From Callorhinchus milii (Eukaryota), in the NCBI RefSeq assembly GCF_018977255.1, contig NW_024704743.1, forward strand, positions 71,550,001 to 71,614,000: DNA of 64,000 nt, read 5' to 3'. The notes beneath the pieces were generated by a model. The model saw only the letters and a list, made by a program, of their open reading frames with translations, did not search any database and had not been told where the DNA came from. The position numbers were made by a program, and so were the translations under genes. Shown here one piece after another: positions 13,041 through 25,860 of this stretch; within the stretch, counting starts at the first letter, position 1; each line of letters starts with the position of its first letter.

Positions 13041-15436
13041 GGCAGCATAATAAATAAATTAAGTATAAGTAGAATAAATGAAGCGTCAGGTGGAATTTCT
13101 CTGCATGAAGGCGAATAAGATGTGCTCGCCTGTCAAGGTTGGTAAATATATCTTTCAGAGAAGAATCGTTTTAATAATAATAATGCTTGCATTTAATATA
13201 GCGCCTCATCATGACGTGGAGAGGTCCCAAAGCACTTCACAGAATATACTGTAAAGTGAGTTAACTGCATATTTTGTGGGCGAAACGCAATAATAATTAT
13301 CCTTGCATTTAGTATAGCATCTTTCATGTCAGGAGGACGTCTCAAAGCATTTCACAGGATTTTAGTATGAAGTGGAGTGATTGTGTGGTTGTTGCTGTGT
13401 ACTTATAAGTGAATGTGACAGCCCATTTGCACACAGCAATGTTCCACAAACAGCTATGAAACAAAAGATCATTTTTATTTGGGGGATTGGACACTGGGAG
13501 AAACTCCCTGCTCTTTTTGGGTAGTGCCGTAGGATCTTTAACATGCACCTGGATAGACAAAGAAGACATTTAACGTCTCAGTTGAAGGACATATCTAATA
13601 CTATAATAGGACATAGATTGAAGATCATCACCAGAGGAGTAGAAAAAAACATAGATCGGAAGATTTGTTAGAATGTGGAATACCTTACTACAAATGCATG
13701 TTGAAGCTAAGTTAACATAGCATTCAAAGCAGCATAAAAGAAAAATATTATTAAATGGTATGGGGAAAGAGCATGGAATGGCATTAGACAAGGTAGCACC
13801 AATGGGGGCAACTAGCACTAGCGCAATTACAATGGGCCAAATGACCTCCATCATTAATGTATACGTTCCGCGATTCTTCATAAAATCATCTACAAAATAC
13901 AGACACTACAGTCTACACAAAATCCCGTGAAAAGCTTTGAGATGATTCAACAATGATGTGATGAACCACTATATCAATTTCAAGAATTATTATTATTATA
14001 TCCAATGACAGAAAACCCACAATTGCTGGATCTTGTAGTGTTGAGTAAGAAACTGCTTTTGGAAATGAAAAAAATCAACTTTACTTCCATTGTTCTACTT
14101 TTTTATACTGTATTTGTAGGGCAATAAATAAATCACTCGTTCAAAATGCCAATCAAATCTAAGTGCATCTTATGATGCCACAGTAAGTATTATAAAGCAG
14201 GGTGTGATAGTTTTGACAGTTTGTTACAACTTCTACATAATGATTGTGNTTTTTTTAATCAATAATATGTTGCCACTCAAGTGAAATGAGACAAGTTTAC
14301 TGTGTTTCCATGCAAAAATAGAAACATTTGTAGCATTTGTAATGAACTGTCATATATTATGAATATAAAATTGGACGTGCATCAACAGAATTAGAATTCC
14401 AAAGCAGAAAGCCAACTTGTAGCTCTTCTCAATAGATAGTTATTGGCGTGTGACTGTATCTTACATTACAACATTCTACGCATAGGTTTCCTGCAATCTG
14501 CTCTGGAAGTCAAACATCCTAGTGGGAGTTTTCTTTCACCAAATTTGGCCTGTGATATGACATTTATATTATGCAATGTTTACTCATTGTGAACCAAAAG
14601 GAATTTTCAGAAGAGTATAATCTGAAGCCAATGCTCCTCAAGGCAGACCGGCTGTACTATAAAGATTTTTCCAGCCAGGGAGAGCTCTCAGTGGAAGGGT
14701 TAGATGGAGATACTGGACTCTACCTGAACGGACAAATGCATGGGCAAAAGCTGAGAGGTCTGATAGTTGACACCCTGAGAAGCATTCAGATGAGGACTAC
14801 AGGGTGAGCATCATCATTTGTTGTTATCTGGCTCTGGGATCTATGAGGATTTGTTTGGGATCCCGGTTCAGAAGGTGGTGAAAGCTTGTGTGAAAGCTTG
14901 TGTGCTTGATGTGCTTAGGCTGTTAGTTACAAGCATTGATGTTACGTGCGTTCACCTGGGCATTTTCTTTTACAAATTTGTTGAAAGAAAAAAACACTAG
15001 GAATAACTGTCTTACAAAAAAAAGATTGGGACATGTGGGACATTGCTCTGCGCAATTGGCTGCCACATTTCACCCACAAAATTCACTTGAGACAAGTTCA
15101 CAGTATCTTTGCCAAGGTCTCTTACATGAGGACCTAGATTAAGCAGTTCAAGTTGAGGATGGTGAGAATGCTCTGAAGCATTTCACACTAAGATGTTCCA
15201 AGCATCTTGCAAGAAATTCCTGGTACCTGCTATCTGCCTAGTGAGGACTCAACCCTGCGCTTGTCAGTTGTCTGATGACAAACTAGTGATGATCCTTCTT
15301 CGGTGAGGGGTAAGTGGGATCTCCTTGGGGCTGAGTTGGCTCTAAGGTAATTAAAACAAGCACTTCCCAAAGAATACACTGCTGAGATTGCCTTTAAAAG
15401 CTGAAATAGAAATCTGACAACGAGATAGATATGTAC

Positions 15437-15546
15437 CTGAAACTGGCACGAACATGTCAAGTCATCACCGACTTCCGTACACACACCAGCATATCTACAC
15501 GTAGTTTCATCACACATCTTGAAATCATTTTCTCGTTCATTAAATT
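15437..15546 (-). CDS. TMEFF1: TMEFF1 coding exon 2 (110 nt): start of first follistatin-like domain
   Basis: Acceptor ttttgcag|AA with a CTAAT branch-point candidate about 28 nt upstream; donor CAG|GTACAT. Translates (E)FNERENDFKMCDETTCRYAGVCTEVGDDLTCSCQFQ, with the cysteine spacing of TMEFF1 as recalled (ELNVRESDVRVCDESSCKYGGVCKEDGDGLKCACQFQ). Phase fits exon 1 (G|AA = Glu). Confidence 0.93.
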
Positions 15547-17164
15547 CTGCAAAACATATTTCAATGTATATTAGACAAGGTAACATTATTTGTAATAAAT
15601 TGCAGGTTTCATCAAAATGCAGAAAAATCCAAATTGTGACATACGTACACACACAAAGTATTTCTCTGAACGCATTATTTCTTCATAGCTCTGTAAAGGA
15701 GCTCGAGCGAAAGACAAAAGTGCATCTTTTCAATGAAAAGGACCTAAAGCAATTGAGATCATATGCAACAATTCATCAGATTTATCTGTTGAGTTACAGA
15801 AGTATCCCACTGACCTGCAGTTCCGTGCTTGGCATTAAATTACATAAAACAAACGTTACATCACCAAAACAGGCTATTCAGCCAGTTAACCCATGCCTTG
15901 TTTATGCACCACATGAACTTCAGCTCCTCCTAATCCCCTCTAATATCCCTCTATTCTCTTTTGTATGCATTATAATTCCTCTTAAACATGTTGACATTTT
16001 CTGGTTCTAATACAGCTTCTGGATTTGAGGACCACCCTCTGCATAAAGGAGTTCCTTCTGAACTGCCTTTTGGATCCGTGACTGGCTATCTTATATTTAC
16101 ATCTGGCTTCTGGCACATCTGTTGTGAGTATTTTAGGGTGAGGGTGTAGTTCTGCTTTTTCAATGATCACATCACAATTAGCAGCTTTCACCCAATTAAT
16201 GCAGAAAAAACCACAAGAGTATCCAATACATTTATAGCTACATTAGAGGGCTCAAAGTTCTGAAGCTATTTCCATATTCATTGGAGAAATAGAGGATTTT
16301 TCATAATAATCCTTGCATTTGATATAGTGCCTTATCACATTAAAATGTGTTGCTATATAAAATGTAGCGAATATGTATTTATAGGCAAATGCAGCAAGCA
16401 ATATCCCCAAAACATTAGGTGAAGGACTATTTGTTGCCCAGGACAACATCCTATCCTCGCTCTCTGGAACTCCACCTCAGAGGTCCCACACTTTGTCTTC
16501 TCCTTCTCTATCTTTAAAATCGAAATAGTGCTCATGGAATTGTTACCATGCACAAGCGGCTAGGGCTTTGGTTTAAGGTCTCAACTGAAGGACGACACTT
16601 TTACAATGCAGCACTACCCCAGCATTGGGAGTGTCAGCTTAAGTCATGAGCTCAAAGTCCCAGTGTTGGGCTTGAACCCACAATCTGCAAACTCAAAGGC
16701 AAGAGTATTACTAGCTAATCCAGGCTGACTATCTATTTTGCTGCTATTTGAAGTGCAATTCTAAAGATGAGAATGCATTAGGCACAGCAACGGAACAAAT
16801 GTTTTAATGAGGAAAATTGCTTTTCATTAATGTTTAATGTTTTAATTTTCCTCTAATGTTTGAATGAAGAAAAGAGACACGTTGATACAGTTTTACATAT
16901 ATCACGGATCCTGAACAAACTGCTGAAAGAACATCATATTTAGTCACACTGACAGCAAGGCTGAAAAATTAATGTTCCATTTGTTGTGAAAATGTAATGG
17001 CTACAGATTGGCACAAATGTAAATTTGGAAAGGTTGGTCAGTAAACAAAGCAGTGGGTTACCACTTTAAACCGTGGTTCTACTACTGGATTATAAACAGC
17101 AATTTACATTTATATAGTGTGTTTCATGTTGAGAAGCTTCAAATACCTTCAAAAAATAAATACA

Positions 17165-17385
17165 TTTTAAAATATAATAAATTGATTACTCAATCCATGA
17201 CTGTTTGTGGGACATTGCTGTGCGCAATTGGCTGCCGCGTTCGCCCACAAATATACAGTCAATTCACCTTACATTCTATTCTGTGAAGCGCTTTGGGACG
17301 TCTAGAAGACATGAAAAGCGCTATATCAAATGCAAGGATTATTATTATTATTATTATCAAATAGAAGGATTATTATTATTATATA
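17165..17385 (+). mobile_element. Headless 3' half of the young SINE
   Basis: gtttgtgggacattgctgtgcgcaattggctgccgcgttcgcc...gacgtctagaagacatgaaaagcgct..(ATT)n. Confidence 0.8.
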
Positions 17386-17749
17386 ACTAACTGGGAGCCT
17401 GAGTTTGGGGGAGGAGTTTAGAAGCTGAGGGGAGTGGGGGTGTAAATTGAGGGGTAGAAAGATGGACAAAAGAGGAGTGGATCCAGTGGAGGGACTCTGC
17501 ATGGATTTCCAGAGTGCAAGGACAGAATGAGTAAAGGCTCATCCACTGATGGTGAGGCTGAGTGGTTTGCACTTCATATCACAAATATCCATCTACAGGA
17601 GGAGGGGGAATTTCTGAAGTAGCTATAATCTAACCATTAGATCATAGGATACAACAGGTATCAGGACGTGAATCAGCAGGAGCTACATCAGCATGAAAGG
17701 AGGAAATTACAACAATTAGCAATCAGAAATTTATGCTAGCGTCGGTGCC

Positions 17750-18125
17750 ATTTTCACCATACATAACAGATTTGGGATTGAAACCAAACTACAGTACCAA
17801 GGTTTGCTGATGATAAAACTGGGGAGGGGAAGTGCCAATTAACAGGAGCAGACTGACCAAACACAAAGGGATCTGGATAGATTAGTGAGTTGGGCTGAAA
17901 AGTGCCAAATGCAATTTAAGGTGAACAAGTGCAGAGTGATGAGATTAGGGACGGAGGATAAACAGTGGGAGTTTAAGGTAAACGGTATTAGTCTGCAAGG
18001 CATAGCGCAGGGGTGGAATTTTGGGACACTGATAGATCGATGGCTGAAATCATCAGCGCAGAGTTCAGTGGCAGAAAAGGCAGTGAACAGGATTTTGAGG
18101 TGTTCAGCTCAACTATAAGGAACTG
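17750..18125 (+). mobile_element. CR1 LINE reverse-transcriptase C-terminal relic
   Basis: tttgctgatgat (FADD), then DLDRLVSWAEKCQMQFKVNKCRVMRLG, typical of CR1 ORF2. Confidence 0.8.
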
Positions 18126-20198
18126 AGCATAAGTCACAGAAGGGTAAAAATTGCAACATGAAATAATCATATTGTTAAAAATTGCAATCAAGCCAATCAA
18201 TAACTAAAGACTGGCTACATCTTCAACACCCCCCTTCTCCCAACCACACACCCACTCGTCTTCATCCTCCCCCCCCCCCCACCCCAGACAACTTCAACAC
18301 AATGACCTTAAGCACCAGTCACTGGAGTTGCTGCATGATTCTGCTACAGGTAGCCAAATCCCCTCCCCCAGCATTGTCCCAGGCACAATGCTTTTCTCAT
18401 CAGCGATAACTAATATGACATGTGTCACCACGCAGGAAGCTGAGGGGAAAGAATTAGATGCAAGAGGTTTCATAGAATGTCGGGGTCAAAAGACATAAGA
18501 GGTCATCACTTGCCAAACAAAGGGTGTGAGTGGGAGGCTGTGTAGCAGACAGACATACTTAACGTAGCATGCAACACTGTGGGACATGAACCTCAATCAA
18601 TTATAATGAAAAAGAGCAACCAAAATGTAATATGCATAGAGATTAATAACACCGGCACAGGAAATATCATGGTTATCAATATTTTATCCTTCATGTGTTG
18701 CAAACACAATTAATTCATGGAATTTATAAATAGAAATGATGTACATAGCATGATGGGGCCCATACGTTGCTACCTGTTTAACATTAACAAGAGCAGCTAA
18801 TGAAAGAAATCTCAGATCTTTCTGAATGAGAATATGTGTGTGTGTGCGTGTGTGGCGAGGGAACCTCTGCACAAAATAATTCCGCTTATTCGTAGAGATA
18901 ATTCTCGCCACTAGAAATAAAAATAAAACAGACACAAAGGACCACATAATGGGCTTTACTGTGAGCCACATTCTGAAATCTAACCCGATGACACAATGGA
19001 ACAAACAATACTACATTGGGCAGCATTATAGAGCCAGCGTTCCTCTCCCTATTAGTGGAGATCTTGCTAATTCACTCATGGGTATAGGGGAGAGGAGAAA
19101 GGCAGAGTTAAGAGGGGGCAAACGTCAGAATATACCATCATTGGTGCAATGTCTATTACTGGCACTATTGAGATGAACCGATAGTGTTTTAGGTTTTCAT
19201 CATGGGTTGGAATAATGTAATAAAATATTAAGTGCCACTCAGAAGCAATGTTTACTGTTCCTATGTGAAATGCTGATTTCCTTTTGGAAATAACTGCTGG
19301 ACCCATTATCAAATGATGTGGTGCACAGCAACATGATCTCTCTTCTAATGAAGGCTTAGCTGCAACCAGAGATATATAAACTGATTGAATTCATAGTCTA
19401 AAGTTACAAATAAGCATGCAAACTGGTTTGCAAAAAGACCCCCCATCTAAATGATGTCTGTCTAGTGAGGACTTCAATAAGGGAATCTATGGAGTTTAAA
19501 TGGATGGCATAAAGATGAGGAGGGAGAAATTCAACCTGGGTCTAGATTTATTCTGTTTAATTATTATGTAGTATTTAAGAACATCCAAAATGTGTTGAAT
19601 TCACACTTAATATTGAAATTGATTTTAAAATAAAAAGAATAATCCTTACATTTGATTTACAAAAACACTTTTACATTTATATAATGCCTTTCACATCAGC
19701 TTTTCAAAAGCACTTCACAGAATTTACAGTAAATTCCAGTGGCTGTATTTTTTGGGCAAACATGGCAGCTAATTTTGCGTACAACAATGTCCCACAACAA
19801 CCATGAAGTGGATGACCAATTTTATTTGGGGGATTGCAAGATACCGAGAGCAACTACCTTCTGGCGGTGAGTTAGCCATTTTCACCATCTACTGCAGAAA
19901 CAAGTTCCTCCTAAACTCCCTTTTAGATCTGCTATTACCTATCTTGTATTTATGCTCCCTCACTTTGGTCTCAGCAACATTACATTTATGGTACATCTAA
20001 GATCCTTATGTTTTTACACCTGCCCTCACATCAAACCTTTTTCTTCTTGTGTATTCATATGGTGGCATTCTTGTCCATGGGTCAGAGATTATAAATTCAA
20101 GCCCTAGGTCAGATTTTGAGATGCTGGTCTAGGCTGACACTCCAGATCATTGCTGCCATTGTTAAACTGAGGTCCCGTCTGCCTGTTCAGACAAATGT

Positions 20199-20523
20199 GG
20201 AGTCCTGTAGCTCAGAGGTTAGAGCACTCGCTTTGCAAGTGAGAGACCTGAGTTCAATTCCAGGCAGGGCGAAACCTTGGGCAAGTTTCCTTACTCCACA
20301 CGCCTAATAATAATCCCTCCAAAACCAAAAACAATAATAAATTGGTCATTTTCAATCTACGACTGTTTGTGGGACATTACTGTGCGCAATTGGCTGCCGC
20401 GTTCGCCCAAAAAAAAAATACAGTCAATTCACTTTACAGTATGTTCTGTGAAGCGCTTTGGGACGTCCTCCCGACGTGAAAAGCGCTATATCAAATGCAA
20501 GGATTATTATTATTATTATTATT
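20199..20523 (+). mobile_element. Young tRNA-Ala-headed SINE nested in an older DeuSINE (about 20075-20555)
   Basis: Intact copy; the host sequence cctgttcagacaaatg resumes as aaatgctaaaaattccatg. Confidence 0.92.
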
Positions 20524-20594
20524 AAATGCTAAAAATTCCATGAGATTATTTTCCCCACAGCCTGTTGCTTTATTTCTGGAATATTAACTCACTA

Positions 20595-21040
20595 AAATAA
20601 ATATAACAACATTTTGCATAATAATCCTTGCATTTTATGTAACACCTTATCACATCATCAAGCAATCTCAAAGCATTTCACATGATATATAAAGTGGTGT
20701 GACTACATGTTTTCTGGGTTAAACGGCAGTCAATTTTGCACACAGTGATTTCCCACAAACATCCATGAAATGAAGGGGGATTGTTAGCCAGGACACCAGG
20801 AGAAACACCCTTATCTTTTCGAATAGTGTCATGGGATCATTAAATCTTCATCTGAACAGGCTTTGGTTTTATGTCTCATCCAAAGCACAGCACAGCATCT
20901 CTAACAAAGCATCACCCCACCCAATCACTGGTTGGAGTGTCACCTTATACTACATGGGTTCCACGTTCTGACCTGGGGATTGAACCCAAAACCCTCTGAC
21001 TCAAGAGGTAAGAGTTCTACCAACTGAGGCAGGCCAACAA
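20595..21040 (-). mobile_element. Old DeuSINE (SacSINE1-like), near full length
   Basis: Head ctcagttggtagaactcttacctc..gagtcagagggttttgggttcaa, Deu body and tail. Confidence 0.75.
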
Positions 21041-21797
21041 TCCTCCAGATAAATTGATCTTTTACCTCTTGGCTATTTGTGGGAGTATGCCTTGTGTTTG
21101 TGTGAATAGCTTCCACATTTGCCTATAAAACAGTCACTATGCTCGACAGTGATTATTCTCTATGGGATAAAGGTGCAAAGGCTGTCTTTACTGAGTTGAA
21201 AATGAAGTGGAAATTGCCAGACACTGGGCAGAGAAATTGGACTGATCACCCTGTGGGATTTAGACCTGAAGAATAATCACAGGGTCATTGGGTCAAAATA
21301 AATAGGTTACGCAAGAAATAAAAATCTTTGCTGGTTGTGTTTTACGCTTTAAGTTTGTTCTGCTGCTCAGAGCTGACAAGAGAGCTTCAGGCTCAGTTCC
21401 AACTCTGGCACAGCAGCTGTGGCCACTACCACCAGCTCCAACTTTTGTTTCCACATAATTAATTGCACATTGAAATGTGCAGAGAATCGAATCATTTAAC
21501 AACCACAGAAAATATCTCCGACCACCAAGCTAAATGGATACATGCAAAGAACAGGTTTGTGCCACGAACCGAACTAAGGCCCCAGATGTGAAAGTGCTCC
21601 AGATGTGAAGACAGCAAATAAGCCTCCAAAGTCGATACCGTATCCCTGGCCACTATGAAGGCCAGTGAGCACAGTGACGGTTGTGGGGCGAGTACTAGGA
21701 GAGATGGGCCAGTGGGAGTCTACATGCACGTGCTAGCGGACATTTTTTTAAATTTACCCATTCCGGGCCGTGTCTGTCCAGGAATGAATTCCAGATA

Positions 21798-22042
21798 TCC
21801 TGTAGCTCAGTGGCAATTGGCGAATCGCTTTTCCGGGGGTTATAATCCCTTAAAAAAGATAATAACAATAATAATTTGTTCACTCAATCCACGGCTGTTT
21901 GTGGGACACTGCTGTGCACAATTGGCTGCCGAGCTTCACCTACAAAATATACAGTCAATTCACTTTACAGTATATTCTGTGAAGCGCTTTGAGACGTCTA
22001 TAAGACATGATAAGTCTCTATATCAAATGCAAGGATTATTAT
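21798..22042 (+). mobile_element. Internally deleted tRNA-SINE (A-box end fused to body)
   Basis: tcctgtagctcagtgg joined directly to caattggcgaatcgcttttccgggg, then normal body and tail. Confidence 0.75.
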
Positions 22043-22769
22043 TTAATCTGGTAAAATGGGGGTTTTACTGTACAATCACAAGACTGGATATATAAATACT
22101 ATGCAATCTAGGTGTTTAATTACAATAAATTTACATTTATTGAGCACCTTGCATGTCGGGAGGACATCTTAAAGCATTATCAATGCTTTTTAAATGCCAG
22201 ATATTGTGTCACAGTATGTCATGATGCTATTGCACTCTTCTGCATTTACTGCCATGGCTAATCGTCACATAAGGCAGTTTACCAGATAACACAGTAGTGC
22301 TATTTAATAACCGAACCCAGATACTGCAAAGTCACAAGCTGTACTCTACCATACATCTAGAATTGGTTTAAAATCCTGTTAAGAACTTTGAGACGTCCTC
22401 CTGACATGAAAGATGCTATATCACATGTAAGGAACACTATTATTATGTAATGTTGCTGTAGTGCATTGGATAAAGGGAGGATGTTAGCAAGGAAAATATA
22501 CATTAATCCTTAGTTTTAACCAAAATGCTTCATAGTATTTAAGTGTGGTGACTGTATTTTGTAGGCATACACCGCTGCCGATTTGCACACTGCAACATCC
22601 CACAAATGGCCATAAAGTGAACGACCAATTTTATCTGGCGATTATGGCCAGGACATCAGAATAAACTCCCTTCTGTTTAATAGCAGCATGGGATCTTTAA
22701 CGTCCATCTGAATGGATAGATGGAACTTTAGCTTAATATCTCATCCAAAGGACGGTGCATCTGACAATG

Positions 22770-23428
22770 CAACAACAACAAGAAGATTACATTTGTATAG
22801 CACTTTTCATGTCGGGAGGATGTCCCAAGGTGCTGAACAGTGTACAACATTTCAGACCCGAGCTGGGGTCAGGGGGGAGAAGGGAAGGGAGGGGAAGGGG
22901 GTGATCAATGGCATGGTCGAAGAGGAGGGTTTTTGAGGTGGGTCTTGAAGGAGGCTAAGGAGGGGGCGAGGCGGAGTGAATTGGTGGATGGCGTTCTAGA
23001 GGTTGGGGCCAGAGTGGCTGAAGGCTCTCCCGCCAATGGTGGGGCGGGTGGGTCGGGGGACGTGGAACAGTCCGGAGCCGGCTGAGCGGAGGGAGCCGGC
23101 GGGTTGGTAGGGGGTTAGGAGGTCACAGAGGTAGGGTGGGACGAGGCCATGGAGGGCATTTGTATGTGAGGACCAGGATCTGGATACTCTGAAGGATTGG
23201 GAGCCAATGTAGTCGGGCGAGAGTGGGGGAGATGGGGTCACAGAGTTTGGTGCAGGAGAGGACACGGGCTGCAGAGTTCTGGATTATCTGCAGCCTGTGG
23301 AGGGAGGAGTTGGGAAGGCTGACAAGCAGGGCGTTTGCATAGTCGAGCCTGGAGGTGATGAAGGCATGAACAAGAGTTTCAGCGGCCTGAGGGGTGAGGT
23401 AGTGGCAGAGTCGGGCGATGTTACGGAG
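22770..23428 (-). mobile_element. L2 3' fragment inserted in a DeuSINE (host about 22500-22769 and 23429-23530)
   Basis: L2 ORF2 end very similar to 50180-50832; the host DeuSINE continues across the insertion. Confidence 0.88.
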
Positions 23429-25527
23429 CGCTTCCCCAGCATTGTACTGGAGTGTCAGCCTAGATTATGAACTCAAAATCCTGATGTGAGGCTTGAACCC
23501 ATAGCCTTCTGATCTAGAGGAGAGAAGGTAACTGAGAGGAACACCGTTTTTTAAAAATAATTTCAGGGGATCCCTTAACATACCCTTGAATCACCTAGGT
23601 TTAAGGACTCATATGGAATGGGACTGATAATGTGGAATACAATAATATAGAATTACAGAGAGTGATAGGACATGGAAATAGACCATTCAGCAAACTTTGC
23701 TGTTGTTTATATTCCATGCAAGCCCGGACTCCTCCTATTCCCCTCTCCTATACCCCTCTATTCCCTATTCAAAACCTCCAAAGCATTTGACAAACTGAAT
23801 TACTTTAGAAGAGCAGCTGGAAAACAATTATGAATACGCAATTACACCTAGCAAATTTAGAATATTGGAAATGCTGCTTGTTAAAACTGCAGCACTAACT
23901 GGTTATTCCAACAAGTTAATTCTTACATTTTCTACTTCATGGGTGCGTCTTCGTGCAAATGGTTTTTGCAAATGTGTTTGGGGAAGGAGAGAACTGTGAG
24001 ATGGCATTACAATTATTGTGACAATGACCTAATCCAGTGAAATTGGTTACTATGTTTATGTGCTTGCGAGCAAATTAACTAAGGGTTGCCAAACATACCG
24101 GAAGCAGACACTCCTTTTTTATTATATTTCAGTTTTGAAAATGTACATAATGCCTAAAAATCAGATTGCCACTTAGCAATTTCAATGAAATGTAATTATC
24201 CATTAGTGGGGCACGGGATGAAAAAAGACTCACTTCCACAGAAGAATACTTGCATTCGATACAGCAGCTTATCACACTGAAATGTCTCATAGCGTTTTAC
24301 GCAATTAAGTATAGTGACTTGTTGTGTAGCCAAACGTGGCAGCTAAACTGTGCCAGCAACACCCCACACACACCAATGATCCGAACAATCATTTTTTCTT
24401 TTTGATGAACTTGTGTGAGTGAAGATGGGGTATCGTCGAGGACACTCTGCTTTTCTTCAAAATTGTGGCCTGGGTCACTGCAAAATGCACTCTACTGTAA
24501 ATTCTGTGAAGCACTTTGAGACATTTTCTAAAGTATGATTTTAGAAGTCATTGTGACTTTATTATGAGTCTGGCTTGGCAGAGCTGGCTCTGCAACAGGT
24601 AGCACAAACTATTTCGATACTGATTTTGCAAATATGACTTGTTCCTTATTTTAGATTCTGCCGCCTTACGCTTTATTTCTGGGAAAGCAACAATTGTGTG
24701 TACAGAACTGCATTCCCGTAATTTAACAGTGTGAGCATCAGCGGAAAGATTGGTTGCTCCAGTAAGTCAACAGGTATCCAAAAACTGTCAAGGATAAAAC
24801 AGAAAGGACTTTTACTCAGTTTTATTTTAAAAATCCACTCAGAAACACAGTACAATCATTATCAATGTCAGGCACTTTCTATTTACAGTAAGTGCCCTTA
24901 CTGCTTTCTCTGGGACTCTACCATCGTGAGGGGTGCTATATTAATGCAAGTTGTTGTTATCTCAGCTGAAATTAAACTTCACCTCAGATGCAGAAGCATA
25001 GAAACTTACATGACAGAAGATGTGTTTCTGCTGGTTCTTTACTAATAATAATCCATGCATTTAATATTGCATTTCGTCTTTCGTGATAGGAGGACATCTC
25101 AAAGTGCTACACAGTATTGTTAAGTGCAATGACTGTATTTTGTAGCCAAACACTTTGAAAGAGCTATCCACTGAGTTCCATTTACCTACAAATTACTCCT
25201 TTTTTTAGATATCTACTTAGTTCCCTCTTGAAAGCTAATACTAAATGGATCCTTTACTTTGAATGTATAAAAGCATATAAAAAATACATTCAGGTTTTTA
25301 CGACTGGTAGCAATTCCATACCTTATATATAGATTTAAAAAAATGACAATCCAAAGTTTATTTAGGCAGTTTAATACAAATCTTTCTAATAACATTTCTC
25401 ATGTTTTATATTCTGTTCAGCAGTAGAATGTACCTCACTTTAGTGTAAGGTAATTGTGGTCAGGAGATTGACTCCTTAGGGTTAGTATTTCTATTCTGTG
25501 GCCTAAACTAGAAAATTATCTACTTTA

Positions 25528-25860
25528 CAACAACAAACAACAACTTGCACTTATATAGCGCCCTCCACACAGGTCGCGTCTCAGAGCGTTTAACAGTGGC
25601 GGAGCCTGATTCCGAGCTGTTGGGGGGAGATGGACGTAAGCATGTTTGAAGAGGAAGGTTTTCAGGCGAGATTTGAAAAAGGGGAGGAAGGGGGTAAAAC
25701 GAAGGAATTGAGGGAGAGTGTTGCAGAGTTTTGGGGCGAAGTGGCTGAAAGTGCGACCTCCAATGGTGAGGCAGAGAATGCAAGGGACAAGCAGGAGGCC
25801 AGTGCCAGTTGAGCGGAGGTGCCGGGTGGTGGAGTGAGGAGGTCGGAAGCTTTACTCAGG
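25528..25860 (-). mobile_element. L2 3' fragment of a different subfamily
   Basis: ORF2-end motifs present, but a distinct tail (cgctctgagacgcgacctgtgtggagggcg) with (TTG)n. Confidence 0.7.

Noticed and set aside
14249..14249. Single N base
   Set aside because: Assembly ambiguity next to a poly-T run, not a biological feature
1..15436. TMEFF1 exon 3 (Kazal motif PVCGSNGDTYQNEC)
   Set aside because: No matching minus-strand segment found by eye; probably beyond position 1. tblastn would settle it.
20199..20275. tRNA-Ala gene calls at SINE heads
   Set aside because: Every copy continues into the same SINE body and L2-like tail, so they are retroposons and not standalone tRNA genes
21583..21615. 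ccagatgtgaaa (PDVK) resembling a later TMEFF1 segment
   Set aside because: Wrong strand, too short, and no splice or flanking similarity; a short direct repeat
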